Assembly: GCA_041484665.1 (NCBI GenBank)
Contig: JBGPIA010000001.1
Coordinates: forward strand, 416,001-480,000
Length of the DNA: 64,000 bases
Direction: 5' to 3'
From: Candidatus Krumholzibacteriia bacterium
GTDB lineage: Bacteria > Krumholzibacteriota > Krumholzibacteriia > JAJRXK01
The notes beneath the pieces were generated by a model. That model was not told the DNA's origin. It was given only the letters and a program-made list of their open reading frames with translations, and did not search any database. Positions 1-8,816 of this stretch are shown here, piece after piece (the stretch's first letter is position 1; each line of letters opens with the position of its first letter). The translations under genes and the position numbers were made by a program.

Positions 1-204
1 GTTTTCGCCACCCATGTCGATGGTCATCCGGTCGCGGTACCGGAGATTGTGGTGGGGGAAGATGTTGACGTCATCCGGGTCCGTGATCTGGAGGTTGCCT
101 GCAAGACCGGAGCGCCTTGCCGCCTGAGCATCCTCCAGCATCAGGGTCGGAATGAGAATGCTCAACGAGATGAGCGCTAGAGCGCGCCAAAGAGGAGACT
201 TCAT
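1..204 (-). CDS. Secreted protein, possibly an outer-membrane beta-barrel/porin; N-terminal part only, runs off the window edge
   Basis: Not in the ORF track. My translation from ATG at 204 is MKSPLWRALALISLSILIPTLMLEDAQAARRSGLAGNLQITDPDDVNIFPHHNLRYRDRMTIDMGGEN..., open to position 1. It has an AAAGGAG Shine-Dalgarno and a signal peptide with an AQA cleavage site. Confidence 0.75.
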   Translation of the reverse strand, partial: MKSPLWRALALISLSILIPTLMLEDAQAARRSGLAGNLQITDPDDVNIFPHHNLRYRDRMTIDMGGEN

Positions 205-354
205 TCTCCGACTCCTTTAAGTCTCGAGAGACTGACCGTGTGCCGGCGCCGCCTTCCCTCCGCAACGAAAGTGTGCGGCGAAGCAGCGACGCGGAGGACA
301 GCGTGCGTGACTGCGCGTGCGGGCGCTCGACGGCTGTCCGGCCGAACCGCGCAG

Positions 355-385
355 AAGTTAGTAGCCGGGGCATATGCCCTGTCAA
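355..385 (-). promoter_or_regulatory. Candidate sigma70 promoter for the gene starting at 204
   Basis: Perfect TTGACA at 385-380, then TACTAA (16-nt spacer) or TAACTT (19-nt spacer). A 12-bp palindrome GGGCATATGCCC lies in the spacer, and the surrounding patch is AT-rich. Confidence 0.45.
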
Positions 386-537
386 CGCAAAATGTGGATT
401 CTGCTTCAGATTTAGCTAAACTTTTCCGGTGAGGAATCCGGCGGGCCGCGGGAGCCAGCGCGCTTGAATCGCCGGCGGACACTGGCTAGCGTTGGCACAA
501 ACCGCGGGTGCCGCGCGCCCGATCGACGGGAGGATCC

Positions 538-1479
538 ATGACGTCGCTGAAGCTCGAGCCCCAAACGCTGAGCGCCTCACTGCTGGAGCTGATCCGACGC
601 ACCAGCAGCGATCTTCCGCCCGACATCGTGGCCGCGCTGCGCGCTGGCCGACAGGCCGAACAGAATGGCACGACGGCGGCGGGCGCTCTGGACACCATCG
701 CGTGCAACATCGACGCGGCCAGCGTCTTGTCGGCGCCACTGTGCCAGGACACGGGCATGTTGAAGTTCTACGTGCACTGCCCCGTCGGCTTCGACCAACT
801 CGCCTTCCGCGATGCCGCCGAGTGGGCCACGGCCGAGGCGACCAAGGCGGGCTTCCTGCGCCAGAATAGCGTCGACAGCCTCACCGGACGCAACACGGGG
901 ACCAACCTGGGCCCCGGCACGCCACAGTTCCACTTCGCGCAGTGGCGGCACGGCGAGGTGGACGTGCGGCTGATCCAGAAGGGCGGGGGCTGCGAGAACG
1001 TGGGCGCGCAGTACGCGCTGCCGCGCGCCTTCGAGGAGTTCGGCGGTGCCACGGCGGGCCGCGACCTGCAGGGCGCCCGACTCGCGATCCTGCACGCCGT
1101 CTGGTCGGCGCAGGGCAAGGGGTGCGCCCCGGGCTACATCGGCGTCTGCATCGGCAGCGACCGTGCGGCGGGTTACGACGTGGCCAAGGAGCAGCTCCTG
1201 CGCACGATCGGTGACCGTAACCCGGTGATCGAGCTCGACAGTCTCGAACGCGAGCTGGCCGACGTCTGCAACGGTCTGGGCATCGGCCCCATGGGTTTCG
1301 GCGGCAAGACGACCGTGTTGGGCGTCAAGATCGCCGCCCGCAACCGGCTGCCAGCGAGCTTCTTCGTGTCGGTGACCTACGGCTGTTGGGCGCACCGGCG
1401 GCGCGGCGTGGTACTGTCGCAGGACGGCGCGCCGCTACGCTGGCTCTACGAGACCGAGCACGAGGAGGTGCTGGAGTGA
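538..1479 (+). CDS. Fe-S hydro-lyase (class I fumarate hydratase / tartrate dehydratase), alpha subunit
   Basis: Motifs PLCQDTG, KGGGCEN, GLGIGPMGFGGKTT and CWAHRR. GGAGG precedes ATG 538. Confidence 0.93.
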   Translation: MTSLKLEPQTLSASLLELIRRTSSDLPPDIVAALRAGRQAEQNGTTAAGALDTIACNIDAASVLSAPLCQDTGMLKFYVHCPVGFDQLAFRDAAEWATAEATKAGFLRQNSVDSLTGRNTGTNLGPGTPQFHFAQWRHGEVDVRLIQKGGGCENVGAQYALPRAFEEFGGATAGRDLQGARLAILHAVWSAQGKGCAPGYIGVCIGSDRAAGYDVAKEQLLRTIGDRNPVIELDSLERELADVCNGLGIGPMGFGGKTTVLGVKIAARNRLPASFFVSVTYGCWAHRRRGVVLSQDGAPLRWLYETEHEEVLE

Positions 1480-2078
1480 GCCGCAGCGTGGAACTCACAC
1501 CGCCGCTGGACGAGGCCGCCGTGCGTGCGCTGCGCGCGGGCGACGAAGTGCGCATCACGGGCCTGCTCTATACGGGCCGCGACGCAGTGCACAAGTATCT
1601 CCACGACGGGGGCAAGGCCCCCTTCGATTTGCGCGGGGGCATCCTCTACCACTGCGGACCGGTGGTGCTGGAGCAGGACGGCGGGTACATCGTCAAAGCG
1701 GCGGGTCCCACGACCTCCATCCGCGAGGAGCCGTATCAGGGCGAGCTGATGGAGCGCCTGGGCATCCGCGCGGTGATCGGCAAGGGCGGCATGGGCGCGA
1801 AGACCCTGGCCGCCTGCCAGCGCGTTGGCGCCGTCTACCTGCACGCGATCGGCGGCGCCGCGCAGGTCTACGCCGCCAACGTCGTGCGTGTCGTCGACGT
1901 GGCGCTGCGTGAGTTCGGCTCGCCGGAGGCGATGTGGGTGCTGCAGGTGAAGGACTTCGCGGCGGTCGTTACCATGGATAGCCACGGCCGCAGCCTCCAC
2001 CAGGAGGTCTCGGCGGCGAGCCTCGCGGCGCTGCGGGCAACGCTGCAGACAGGCGGGACCACCCCGCGCCCCCGCTAG
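1476..2078 (+). CDS. Fe-S hydro-lyase (class I fumarate hydratase), beta subunit
   Basis: Motifs TGRDAVH, YHCGP, AAGPTTSIREE, IGKGGM and VTMDSHG. The GTG start overlaps the alpha-subunit stop (GTGA). Confidence 0.93.
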   Translation: MSRSVELTPPLDEAAVRALRAGDEVRITGLLYTGRDAVHKYLHDGGKAPFDLRGGILYHCGPVVLEQDGGYIVKAAGPTTSIREEPYQGELMERLGIRAVIGKGGMGAKTLAACQRVGAVYLHAIGGAAQVYAANVVRVVDVALREFGSPEAMWVLQVKDFAAVVTMDSHGRSLHQEVSAASLAALRATLQTGGTTPRPR

Positions 2079-2127
2079 CCGAGCGCCCCTGGTCCAAAGC
2101 GAGAAGAGCCACCCTCCGGAACCGTCC

Positions 2128-4416
2128 ATGCCCAAGGCCTCCCGCCGGTCCCCACAGACCAAGGCTCCCGTCGCCGTCAAGGGCGCCGCCCGTCCGGCGA
2201 TCGCGGCGGCACGGGCACAAGCGCCCGTGTCCGCCTCCCCGCCCGACTCACGGGGCCGCGCCGACGCGGCGCTCCTGTGCCTGCTCGCGCTCGCGGTGCG
2301 CCTGCCCAACCTGGGCTGGGGGCTGCCGAACGTGGAGGAGGAGGCCCTCCCCATGAAGAAGGCCTTCGAGATGTGGGGGTGGGACGCCGGGCGCGTGAAC
2401 TTCAATCCACAGACCGTCGGGTGGCCATCGCTGTCGTTCTACGTGCACCTGCTGCTGCAGAAGCTCTATTACCTCGCTGGCCGGATGTTCGGGACCTTCG
2501 AGAATCGCCTCGATTACTACGTCGAGTTCCTCGTGGACAACAGCCGGCTGGTGGTGATCTCGCGGCTGGTGGGGGTGTTGGCGGCGGTGGGGACCGTGTA
2601 CGTGGCCTGGCGCGTCGCCGCGCGCTTGACCGGACGATTCGGCGGGATCCTGGTCGGGCTGCTGCTGGCCCTCTCGCCCATGCTCGTGGAACACGCCCAG
2701 CAGATCACGCCGGACATTCTGCTGGTGTTCTTCTCGGCGGCGGCGGGCGGCCGGCTCGTGGACATCTACGAGCGTGGGCGCGTCCGCGACTACGTGTGGG
2801 CGGCGGTCTGGATCGCGCTGGGAGCCGCCAGCAAGTACACGCCGGTGTTGCTGACCGGTGTGCTCTACGCGACGCACCTGATGCGCAGACACGCGGAGGG
2901 ACGCTCGCTAAAACTGCTGGGGATCGAGGACCGGCGGCTGTGGCTCGCGGCGCTGTTCTGCGCGCTCGTCTTCTGCGCCACCAGTCCGTACCTCTTCACC
3001 GACATGTCGGTGCTCAAGCGCGATTTCGGCTACCAGGCGATGCACATGAAGCAGGGGCACTTCGGTCAGGACAGCCACGCCTCGGGTTATTGGTACTACG
3101 TCTCGAAGGTGCTGCCCCACGCGCTGGGGCTGCCGGCACTGGTGCTGGGCGTCGTCGGGCTGGGCTGGGCCGGGCTGCGGCTGCGCGGCCGCTGGACGGT
3201 GGTGCTGCTGAGCGGATTGGTCTTCTACGCCGTGCTCGGCGCGTTGAGCACCCGCTTCGACCGATACATGCTCCCCGTCCTGATGCCCCTCGCGCTGGGA
3301 GTGGCGGGGCTGTGGGCGGTGTTGCAGCCGCGGCTCGCGCGCGTTTCCGGGCGGGCTCGCCGCGCGACCGCGGCCGGGCTGGGCCTGATCACAGTGGGGC
3401 CGGCCACGTGGGGGACCCTCGAATACCACCGGGTGGAGAGCGCTCCCAGCACGCAGTGGCTCACCAAGCAGTACGTGACGCAGGAGCTGCCGCGCGATCG
3501 CAATTTCTTCGCCGCCGAGCTCTACACCATCGAGCTGCCGTCGACTGAGGTCCAGGAGCAGATCAAGAGCTCCATCGTCTACCTGCAGATGTCTGAACGG
3601 CAGCGCCACCGGCTGTTGGACATGCGGACCTACGAGTACACGTTCCTGCCCATGTACTCTACGCGCGTGCAGCTGAGCGCGTTCTACTACGACCTGCGCC
3701 ATTTCGAGGTCTACGACTACTTGCTCACCTCGGGCGCCGTGCGCCGCCGCTACGAGGCGAATCCCAGTCGGTTCCCCCAACAGGTGCAGTTCTACAAGGA
3801 CCTGGATACCTACGCCGAGCTGGTGAAGGACGTTGCTCCCCATGGGCGCAACCGCGGGCCCGAGATCCGCATCTACCGTCTCACCGACGTGGGCAAGCAG
3901 AGGCTGATCGCCGACCGCGGCCGCCTGGCCCCGAGATGGTACCTGCCTTACGTCGAGCGGCTCCACGCCCCCCATTTCACGGCGTTCCTCGAGTCGGTCG
4001 GGGGGCACTGTTACGCGCGCGGCCGCTTCGACCTGGCCGACCGCTTCTACGAGGCGCTGCTGGAGACCAGCACGCCCGCTGACCGCGCCCGCTGGCTCTT
4101 CCGACTGGGTTACGTGAAGATGCAGACCCATCAGATCGATGCGGCGGCTCCGCTGTTCGAGGAGTACCTCCGCAGCAGTCCCGACGATGGGTCCGCGCTG
4201 GCGAATCTGGGGCTGCTCTACGTGCGTCAGGGCAAGATCGAGCAGGGGCGCGGCCTGCTGCAGAAAGTGGCATCGCTGGATCCCGCCGGGCAGCTCGCGG
4301 GGTGGGCGCGCGAGCAGCTGGCCCGCCTGGACCGCGGCGCTGGCAGCGAGGACGCCAGCGCGCCTCCTGCGCCCCCTGGGAGTGGCGGCGGCGGTCCGCG
4401 GGAAGGCGGCGGCTAG
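2128..4416 (+). CDS. GT-C fold membrane glycosyltransferase (PMT/ArnT-like) with C-terminal TPR repeats
   Basis: About 10-11 TM segments, acidic first loop (WGLPNVEEE), SKYTP and RYMLP motifs. TPR-like helices at the C-terminus (WLFRLGYV, ALANLGLLYVRQG). Confidence 0.8.
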   Translation: MPKASRRSPQTKAPVAVKGAARPAIAAARAQAPVSASPPDSRGRADAALLCLLALAVRLPNLGWGLPNVEEEALPMKKAFEMWGWDAGRVNFNPQTVGWPSLSFYVHLLLQKLYYLAGRMFGTFENRLDYYVEFLVDNSRLVVISRLVGVLAAVGTVYVAWRVAARLTGRFGGILVGLLLALSPMLVEHAQQITPDILLVFFSAAAGGRLVDIYERGRVRDYVWAAVWIALGAASKYTPVLLTGVLYATHLMRRHAEGRSLKLLGIEDRRLWLAALFCALVFCATSPYLFTDMSVLKRDFGYQAMHMKQGHFGQDSHASGYWYYVSKVLPHALGLPALVLGVVGLGWAGLRLRGRWTVVLLSGLVFYAVLGALSTRFDRYMLPVLMPLALGVAGLWAVLQPRLARVSGRARRATAAGLGLITVGPATWGTLEYHRVESAPSTQWLTKQYVTQELPRDRNFFAAELYTIELPSTEVQEQIKSSIVYLQMSERQRHRLLDMRTYEYTFLPMYSTRVQLSAFYYDLRHFEVYDYLLTSGAVRRRYEANPSRFPQQVQFYKDLDTYAELVKDVAPHGRNRGPEIRIYRLTDVGKQRLIADRGRLAPRWYLPYVERLHAPHFTAFLESVGGHCYARGRFDLADRFYEALLETSTPADRARWLFRLGYVKMQTHQIDAAAPLFEEYLRSSPDDGSALANLGLLYVRQGKIEQGRGLLQKVASLDPAGQLAGWAREQLARLDRGAGSEDASAPPAPPGSGGGGPREGGG

Positions 4417-5192
4417 CGCGCCCCGGACGGATCGGTCGCGAAGCGAGACTTCATCGCGCCGAAGCTCACCGTCTCCACGGGCACTTGCTTCGACACGCTG
4501 GTCAGCCGGTAGTCGACCCAATCCCAGATGCTCGCCCCGAGCGCGGGCAGGGCCACCGATCCGATCACCAGCCGCCCCGCGTCGAGGTCACCCAAGGCCA
4601 TGGGCCGGGCTCGCAACACGGGCGCGCCGTCGATGGCAACGCTGATCGTCTCGGCGGGATCCTCGACGCTGCTGGCCTTGGTCAGCTCGATCTCGCGGAA
4701 GCCGGAGAGATCCACATCCACGGTCCCCATCCAGCGCCACTCGTTGGTGCCCGTGCGCTCCACCAATTCCACGTGCTCGGGATAGAGCCGCAGCACTGCC
4801 TGCAGGTGCGGCCGCGCAACCTCCATCACCGCGGCACGGCCCTCCAGGTTCGAGATGACCCGGACGCGCGCGGTGAGCGTGATCCGGTGCTCCGGCTGGG
4901 GAATCCCCAGCATCGTCTCATAGGCGATCCGGTCGTCGCTCGTGTTGTCGTTGAGCAAGAGCGTCTGATCCGCCAGCAGGATCACCGGCGCCGTGCCCAA
5001 CTTGGTCCAGGGAGCGAGATCGTTCTCCGGAAGGATCCCCATGTCGTAGCGCTGCTCGGCGAAGGTGAGCTCCGCCGCGCTGGCGGGGAGCGCGACGGCA
5101 CATGCGGTCAGGGCGCCCAGCGCAGACAGCGCGCAACGCGACGGGAATCCTGGCCTGCGGGGCGCAACAGTGCCGGCGTTGGCTGGGCGCAC
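4413..5192 (-). CDS. Secreted beta-sandwich protein with a C-terminal 'VPVETVSFGAMKSRF' sorting-like tail
   Basis: GGAGG precedes GTG 5192. Signal peptide ends ALPASA. The mature region is beta-rich. The longer ORF-track start is low-complexity and unlikely. Confidence 0.7.
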   Translation of the reverse strand: MRPANAGTVAPRRPGFPSRCALSALGALTACAVALPASAAELTFAEQRYDMGILPENDLAPWTKLGTAPVILLADQTLLLNDNTSDDRIAYETMLGIPQPEHRITLTARVRVISNLEGRAAVMEVARPHLQAVLRLYPEHVELVERTGTNEWRWMGTVDVDLSGFREIELTKASSVEDPAETISVAIDGAPVLRARPMALGDLDAGRLVIGSVALPALGASIWDWVDYRLTSVSKQVPVETVSFGAMKSRFATDPSGAR

Positions 5193-5563
5193 CGATACCT
5201 CCAAGGACCACCAGGCCGCCATGGCGGGCAGCCGGCGTGGGCGAGACCCGCAGCGGTGCGTGCGGGCTTTGAGTCTAACATCCAGCGATGGAACAGGGGG
5301 GCATTTCGGCCCCTGCGGCCCGGGGGAGACGGCCGGGGAGAGGGGGGCCGGCCAGCGAGGCTCCAGTCGCCGGCCGGGCCACACCGCTCTCCCCAAGCCA
5401 GTCGGAGGGGCCGCACCGGGGAACGGCAGGTCGGCCAAGGCCCTGCGTCTTCTCAAGAAGACGCAGAATGCCGGGAATCTCCCCCTGCGATCCCAGGGCC
5501 CCGATCGGGGCCCGGCGCCGGTCGACGCACGGGCCAGGTACGCTTTGTGCAGCCCGGCCAAGC

Positions 5564-6274
5564 GTGAACGAGGCGTCCAGGGTCAAAGGGCCGCATCAGC
5601 GGGCGGCCCGAGCGCGCCGGCGAGGCCGCCCTGCGGCGGTGCGCCCACACGCGGCTGCCGCGCTGTGCGCACTGCTGGGTGCCGCGATCCTCACGGGCGG
5701 CTGCGCCACCCCGCCGCGCGGCGTGTCCCCGGACGACGACCCCATGGACGCAGCTCCGGTGCCGGCCGCGGCCACGAACTCCCTGCCGCCCGCGCCAGCG
5801 TCCGGGGCAGCCACGGACCCGGCGCCGTCCTCAGGTGGCCAACCCTCGCCAGGGGGCAGCAGTTTCCGAGCGCCAGCTCTGCAGCTCCGGGCCAGCTCCG
5901 GCGGGCTCGCGCGCGCGGTGGTCCAGACGGCTCACGGTTACGTTGGCGTCCCCTACCGGCGCGGCGGCATCGACCAGCGGGGCATCGATTGCTCGGGGCT
6001 GGTCTGCGCGGTCTTCTCCGCCGTTCGCATCGAGCTTCCCCGTACCTGCGTCGAGCAGGCCGAGATGGGCCGTCGGGTGCCGCTGCGCGAGATCCGCCCA
6101 GGCGACCTGCTGTTCTTCGGCCACAAGGACGGTCGTGTGACGCACGTCGGCATCTACGCCGGCGAGGGCGCCTTCATCCATGCCAGCGGCAGCGAGGGCC
6201 GCGTGCGCGTGGACGACCTGGGCAGCAGCTACTTCGCCGCTCGCCTGACGGGCGCTCGGCGCGTCCTCCCTTGA
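5564..6274 (+). CDS. NlpC/P60 (C40) peptidoglycan endopeptidase lipoprotein
   Basis: Lipobox-like ILTGGC, Pro/Ala linker, then GVPYRRGG..GIDCSG, PGDLLFF, HVGIY and FIHAS. Start uncertain (5564 or 5639). Confidence 0.9.
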   Translation: MNEASRVKGPHQRAARARRRGRPAAVRPHAAAALCALLGAAILTGGCATPPRGVSPDDDPMDAAPVPAAATNSLPPAPASGAATDPAPSSGGQPSPGGSSFRAPALQLRASSGGLARAVVQTAHGYVGVPYRRGGIDQRGIDCSGLVCAVFSAVRIELPRTCVEQAEMGRRVPLREIRPGDLLFFGHKDGRVTHVGIYAGEGAFIHASGSEGRVRVDDLGSSYFAARLTGARRVLP

Positions 6275-8430
6275 GTCCCACCCTGCCGCCCGCACCGGTT
6301 GAGAGCGCCCCACCCACGAGCGAGCATCTCGCCGGCCGCGCGGCGCGGGCGTATCGCGTGGGTGAGGCGGAGGCTGCGGCGGACGCACTCGCAGGCCTGC
6401 TGCGCGCTGTTCCCGACCCGCCACCCCAGGGGCTGCACGAGCCGCTGCGCGAGCTGCTCGCTGCCGTGCAGCGGCAGGATCCGCTGGCCTGCGCCGACCT
6501 GCTGGAGGATGCGTTCGCAACCGCCCTCGGTTGGCGTGCTCCGATGGCCGAGCGGGACGCGCTCCCCATCGATCCCGCGCGGCTGGGCGCGAGTTTGCGC
6601 CTGCGCCACGAAGCGGGGGCCGGGCGCCGTCTTCCGATCCTCGAGCGGCGGGGGGACGATGGGCAGTGGCGGCGTGCGGTCAGCGCAGTCGCGCCGCGCC
6701 GCGAGGCAAAGCTGCAGGCGCAGTGCATCGACGCGCAACGCGGCGCCGATGCGATCCTCTTGCTGGGCGTGACGGAGGGGCCGCTATTGTCCGCCCTGCG
6801 GCGGTGTCCGGGGCCGGCCATCGTCGCCTGGGACCCGTTGGGCGTGCCAGGGGCTGCGGAGGGTGACGACAGCGGTGAGCGTGACAGCCACCGCGATCGC
6901 GCGGGCAACATCCATGGGAACGCCGGCACTGCTGCCGGCGGCGATGAGATTGAGGGTGGTGACGCCGACCCCGGCGGCCGCGCTACGGCCGCCGGGCGGC
7001 GACTGATCACCATGGATCCGGCGACTCCGGTCGATCCCGCCGCACTGCGCTCGCTGCTCCTTGCGGCGGGCATCGCCGGTTCGCGGGTGGCCTGCTGGAT
7101 CCATCCTGCGCTGGCGGGCAGCGAGCGCGCGCGGGCCTTCGCCTGGGCAGCATGTGCCACCGCACTGGAGTCGAAGGCGGCGCCCCGCGAGAGTTCGACG
7201 CGCGGTCGCGGCGTCCCGGCTCCAACGCCCTGCGCTCGCACACGCCAATTCTCCCGACTGCGCGTTTGCTTGCTCACGCGAGGGCGGCCTTTCCACGGGG
7301 AGCGCGGGCTTGCCTCTGCCTTGCGCGCCTTGGGTCACGACGTGCACGAGGAAGCGATCGGCTCCGCGCCGGAGGATGCTCGCGCCGCGCACGAGATCGC
7401 CCGGCGCGCTCCGGATCTGATCGTCTGCATCAACGGCGCCGCGCTGGCGCGCGGCCCGATCAGCGCCGAGCTCCTGCGGCAACGGCAGCTGCCAACCGTG
7501 CTCTGGTTCGTGGACGACCCCGAGCCGGCGCTGCGCGACCCCTCGCGCTTCGTGCATTCCAGCGTGCTGGCGCTGGCGTGGGAACGCGAAGCCGTGGCAC
7601 GGCTGCGGCGCTGGGGCTTCGCGGGGGCGGCCTACCTACCGCTGGCGGCGGCCCCGCGGATGCTCCTGCCCGGGACGCCGCGGGCGAGTCGTCCGCCGGG
7701 GCAAGCAGCAGTGCCTCCGCTGGCCATGGTGGGCAGTAGCTATGCGGGTCCGGATCGGCGACGACTGCACGCCGCGGCCCCCGCCGCACCGCGCGCCGTA
7801 CTGCTGGAGGAGCGCCTCGTCGCGCTGCTGCTCGCCGACGCGCGCCTGGCTCCCTGCTCGGCTCTGGAGGGCCTGCTCCGCACGCAGCCGGTGGATGCGC
7901 GCCCGAGCGCGGACGATGCGCTGTTCATGCGCGTGAAGGCGGCCGACCGCGTAGCCGCTGCGCGCCGCGCCGGGCTGGCGCGCGCGCTGCTGCCACTGGG
8001 CCTGCGGATCTACGGCGACCGAGCGGGCTGGCGAACGCTGCTGGGAGACAGTGCTGCGCTCCATGGCGATCTCGCCTACGACGACGAGGTGCCCGCGCTG
8101 TACGGCAGCGCCGGGCTGGTCGTGGATCTCGCCCATCCGCAGATGCCCACTGCGGTCACGCAGCGCGTCTTCGACGTCCCGGCGTGCTGCGGCGCCATCC
8201 TCGCCGACGACCGCCCCGATCTGCGGGAGCAACTCGAGGTCGGCAAGGAGGCTCTGGCCTTCACCGAGCCGCAACAGGCCGCCGAGCTTGCGGCGTGGTG
8301 GCTGCGCCACGATCTGCAGCGAGCGCGCCTGGCCGAGGCCGGCCGCCGCCGCGTGCTCGCAGAGCATACGTGGGCACACCGCGCGGCGCGGTTGCTGTCT
8401 CTGGCCGGCGAGGCCTTCGGCCGCTGGTGA
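6271..8430 (+). CDS. Multidomain glycosyltransferase, CgeB/DUF3880 plus Glyco_trans_1_2 type
   Basis: C-terminal motifs LWFVDDP, YLPLAA, LRIYGD..GW, TQRVFDVPACCG and VLAEHTWAHRA. The TTG start overlaps the NlpC stop. The ORF-track extension back to 5065 overlaps other genes and is rejected. Confidence 0.8.
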   Translation: MSPTLPPAPVESAPPTSEHLAGRAARAYRVGEAEAAADALAGLLRAVPDPPPQGLHEPLRELLAAVQRQDPLACADLLEDAFATALGWRAPMAERDALPIDPARLGASLRLRHEAGAGRRLPILERRGDDGQWRRAVSAVAPRREAKLQAQCIDAQRGADAILLLGVTEGPLLSALRRCPGPAIVAWDPLGVPGAAEGDDSGERDSHRDRAGNIHGNAGTAAGGDEIEGGDADPGGRATAAGRRLITMDPATPVDPAALRSLLLAAGIAGSRVACWIHPALAGSERARAFAWAACATALESKAAPRESSTRGRGVPAPTPCARTRQFSRLRVCLLTRGRPFHGERGLASALRALGHDVHEEAIGSAPEDARAAHEIARRAPDLIVCINGAALARGPISAELLRQRQLPTVLWFVDDPEPALRDPSRFVHSSVLALAWEREAVARLRRWGFAGAAYLPLAAAPRMLLPGTPRASRPPGQAAVPPLAMVGSSYAGPDRRRLHAAAPAAPRAVLLEERLVALLLADARLAPCSALEGLLRTQPVDARPSADDALFMRVKAADRVAAARRAGLARALLPLGLRIYGDRAGWRTLLGDSAALHGDLAYDDEVPALYGSAGLVVDLAHPQMPTAVTQRVFDVPACCGAILADDRPDLREQLEVGKEALAFTEPQQAAELAAWWLRHDLQRARLAEAGRRRVLAEHTWAHRAARLLSLAGEAFGRW

Positions 8431-8594
8431 GGCGGGCCGCAGGGGCGTCCCGCGTGGCGCGGAGCGATCGGCCGCGCTCGAGCACGCGGGACATCGCAGT
8501 GGGCTGCTGCGGGCCGGTGTCGCCATGCACGCCGCCGACCGCGCGGACGAGCGCGTTGGGCGGGCGAGCAGCAGAACGCGACCAACGAGGGGCG

Positions 8595-8645
8595 AACAAC
8601 AGAAATGGGGAGTGGGCCGTCCCTCTAGGGCCTGGCCCACTCCCC
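8595..8645 (-). terminator. Rho-independent terminator
   Basis: 12-bp perfect stem GGGGAGTGGGCC/GGCCCACTCCCC followed by ATTTCTGTTGTT on the minus strand. Confidence 0.7.
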
Positions 8646-8660
8646 CACCTGTCCTTCCGA
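8595..8660 (-). ncRNA. Candidate sigma54-dependent small RNA, about 65 nt
   Basis: Lies between a -24/-12 promoter (8686-8671) and an intrinsic terminator, in the gap between convergent genes. No credible protein gene follows. Confidence 0.5.
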
Positions 8661-8670
8661 TCCGCTGCCC

Positions 8671-8686
8671 AGCAGAGCGCGTGCCA
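8671..8686 (-). promoter_or_regulatory. Sigma54 (-24/-12) promoter
   Basis: TGGCACGCGCTCTGCT versus consensus TGGCACGnnnnTTGCw, with correct GG-N10-GC spacing. Confidence 0.6.
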
Positions 8687-8738
8687 GGACGCGATTCGTT
8701 GTCCTGCCGCCACTTAGAGCGGCCCTGGGGCGCGGCTC

Positions 8739-8779
8739 TGTCCCGACAGGTCCACCGCTTGTCCCAGCAGGGACAAGCG
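8739..8779. promoter_or_regulatory. Tandem palindromic sites, candidate enhancer-binding-protein UAS; the larger palindrome could also act as a hairpin terminator
   Basis: TGTCCCAGCAGGGACA (8760-8775, TGT-N10-ACA, inside the inverted repeat 8756-8779) and TGTCCCGACAGGTCCA (8739-8754). The two sites are 21 bp apart. Confidence 0.5.
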
Positions 8780-8816
8780 CCCGCGCGAGCCCGCGCCGGC
8801 CGCCCTCGGCGTGCGT

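Noticed and set aside
491..510. TTGGCAC as a sigma54 promoter for the fumarase genes
   Set aside because: There is no TTGC/TGC at the required -12 spacing.
5065..6270. N-terminal 400 aa of the 1121-aa ORF, suggesting a giant fusion
   Set aside because: It overlaps the NlpC/P60 gene in another frame and the 4413-5192 gene on the other strand, and is Arg/Gly/Pro-rich noise. The coupled TTG at 6271 is the better start.
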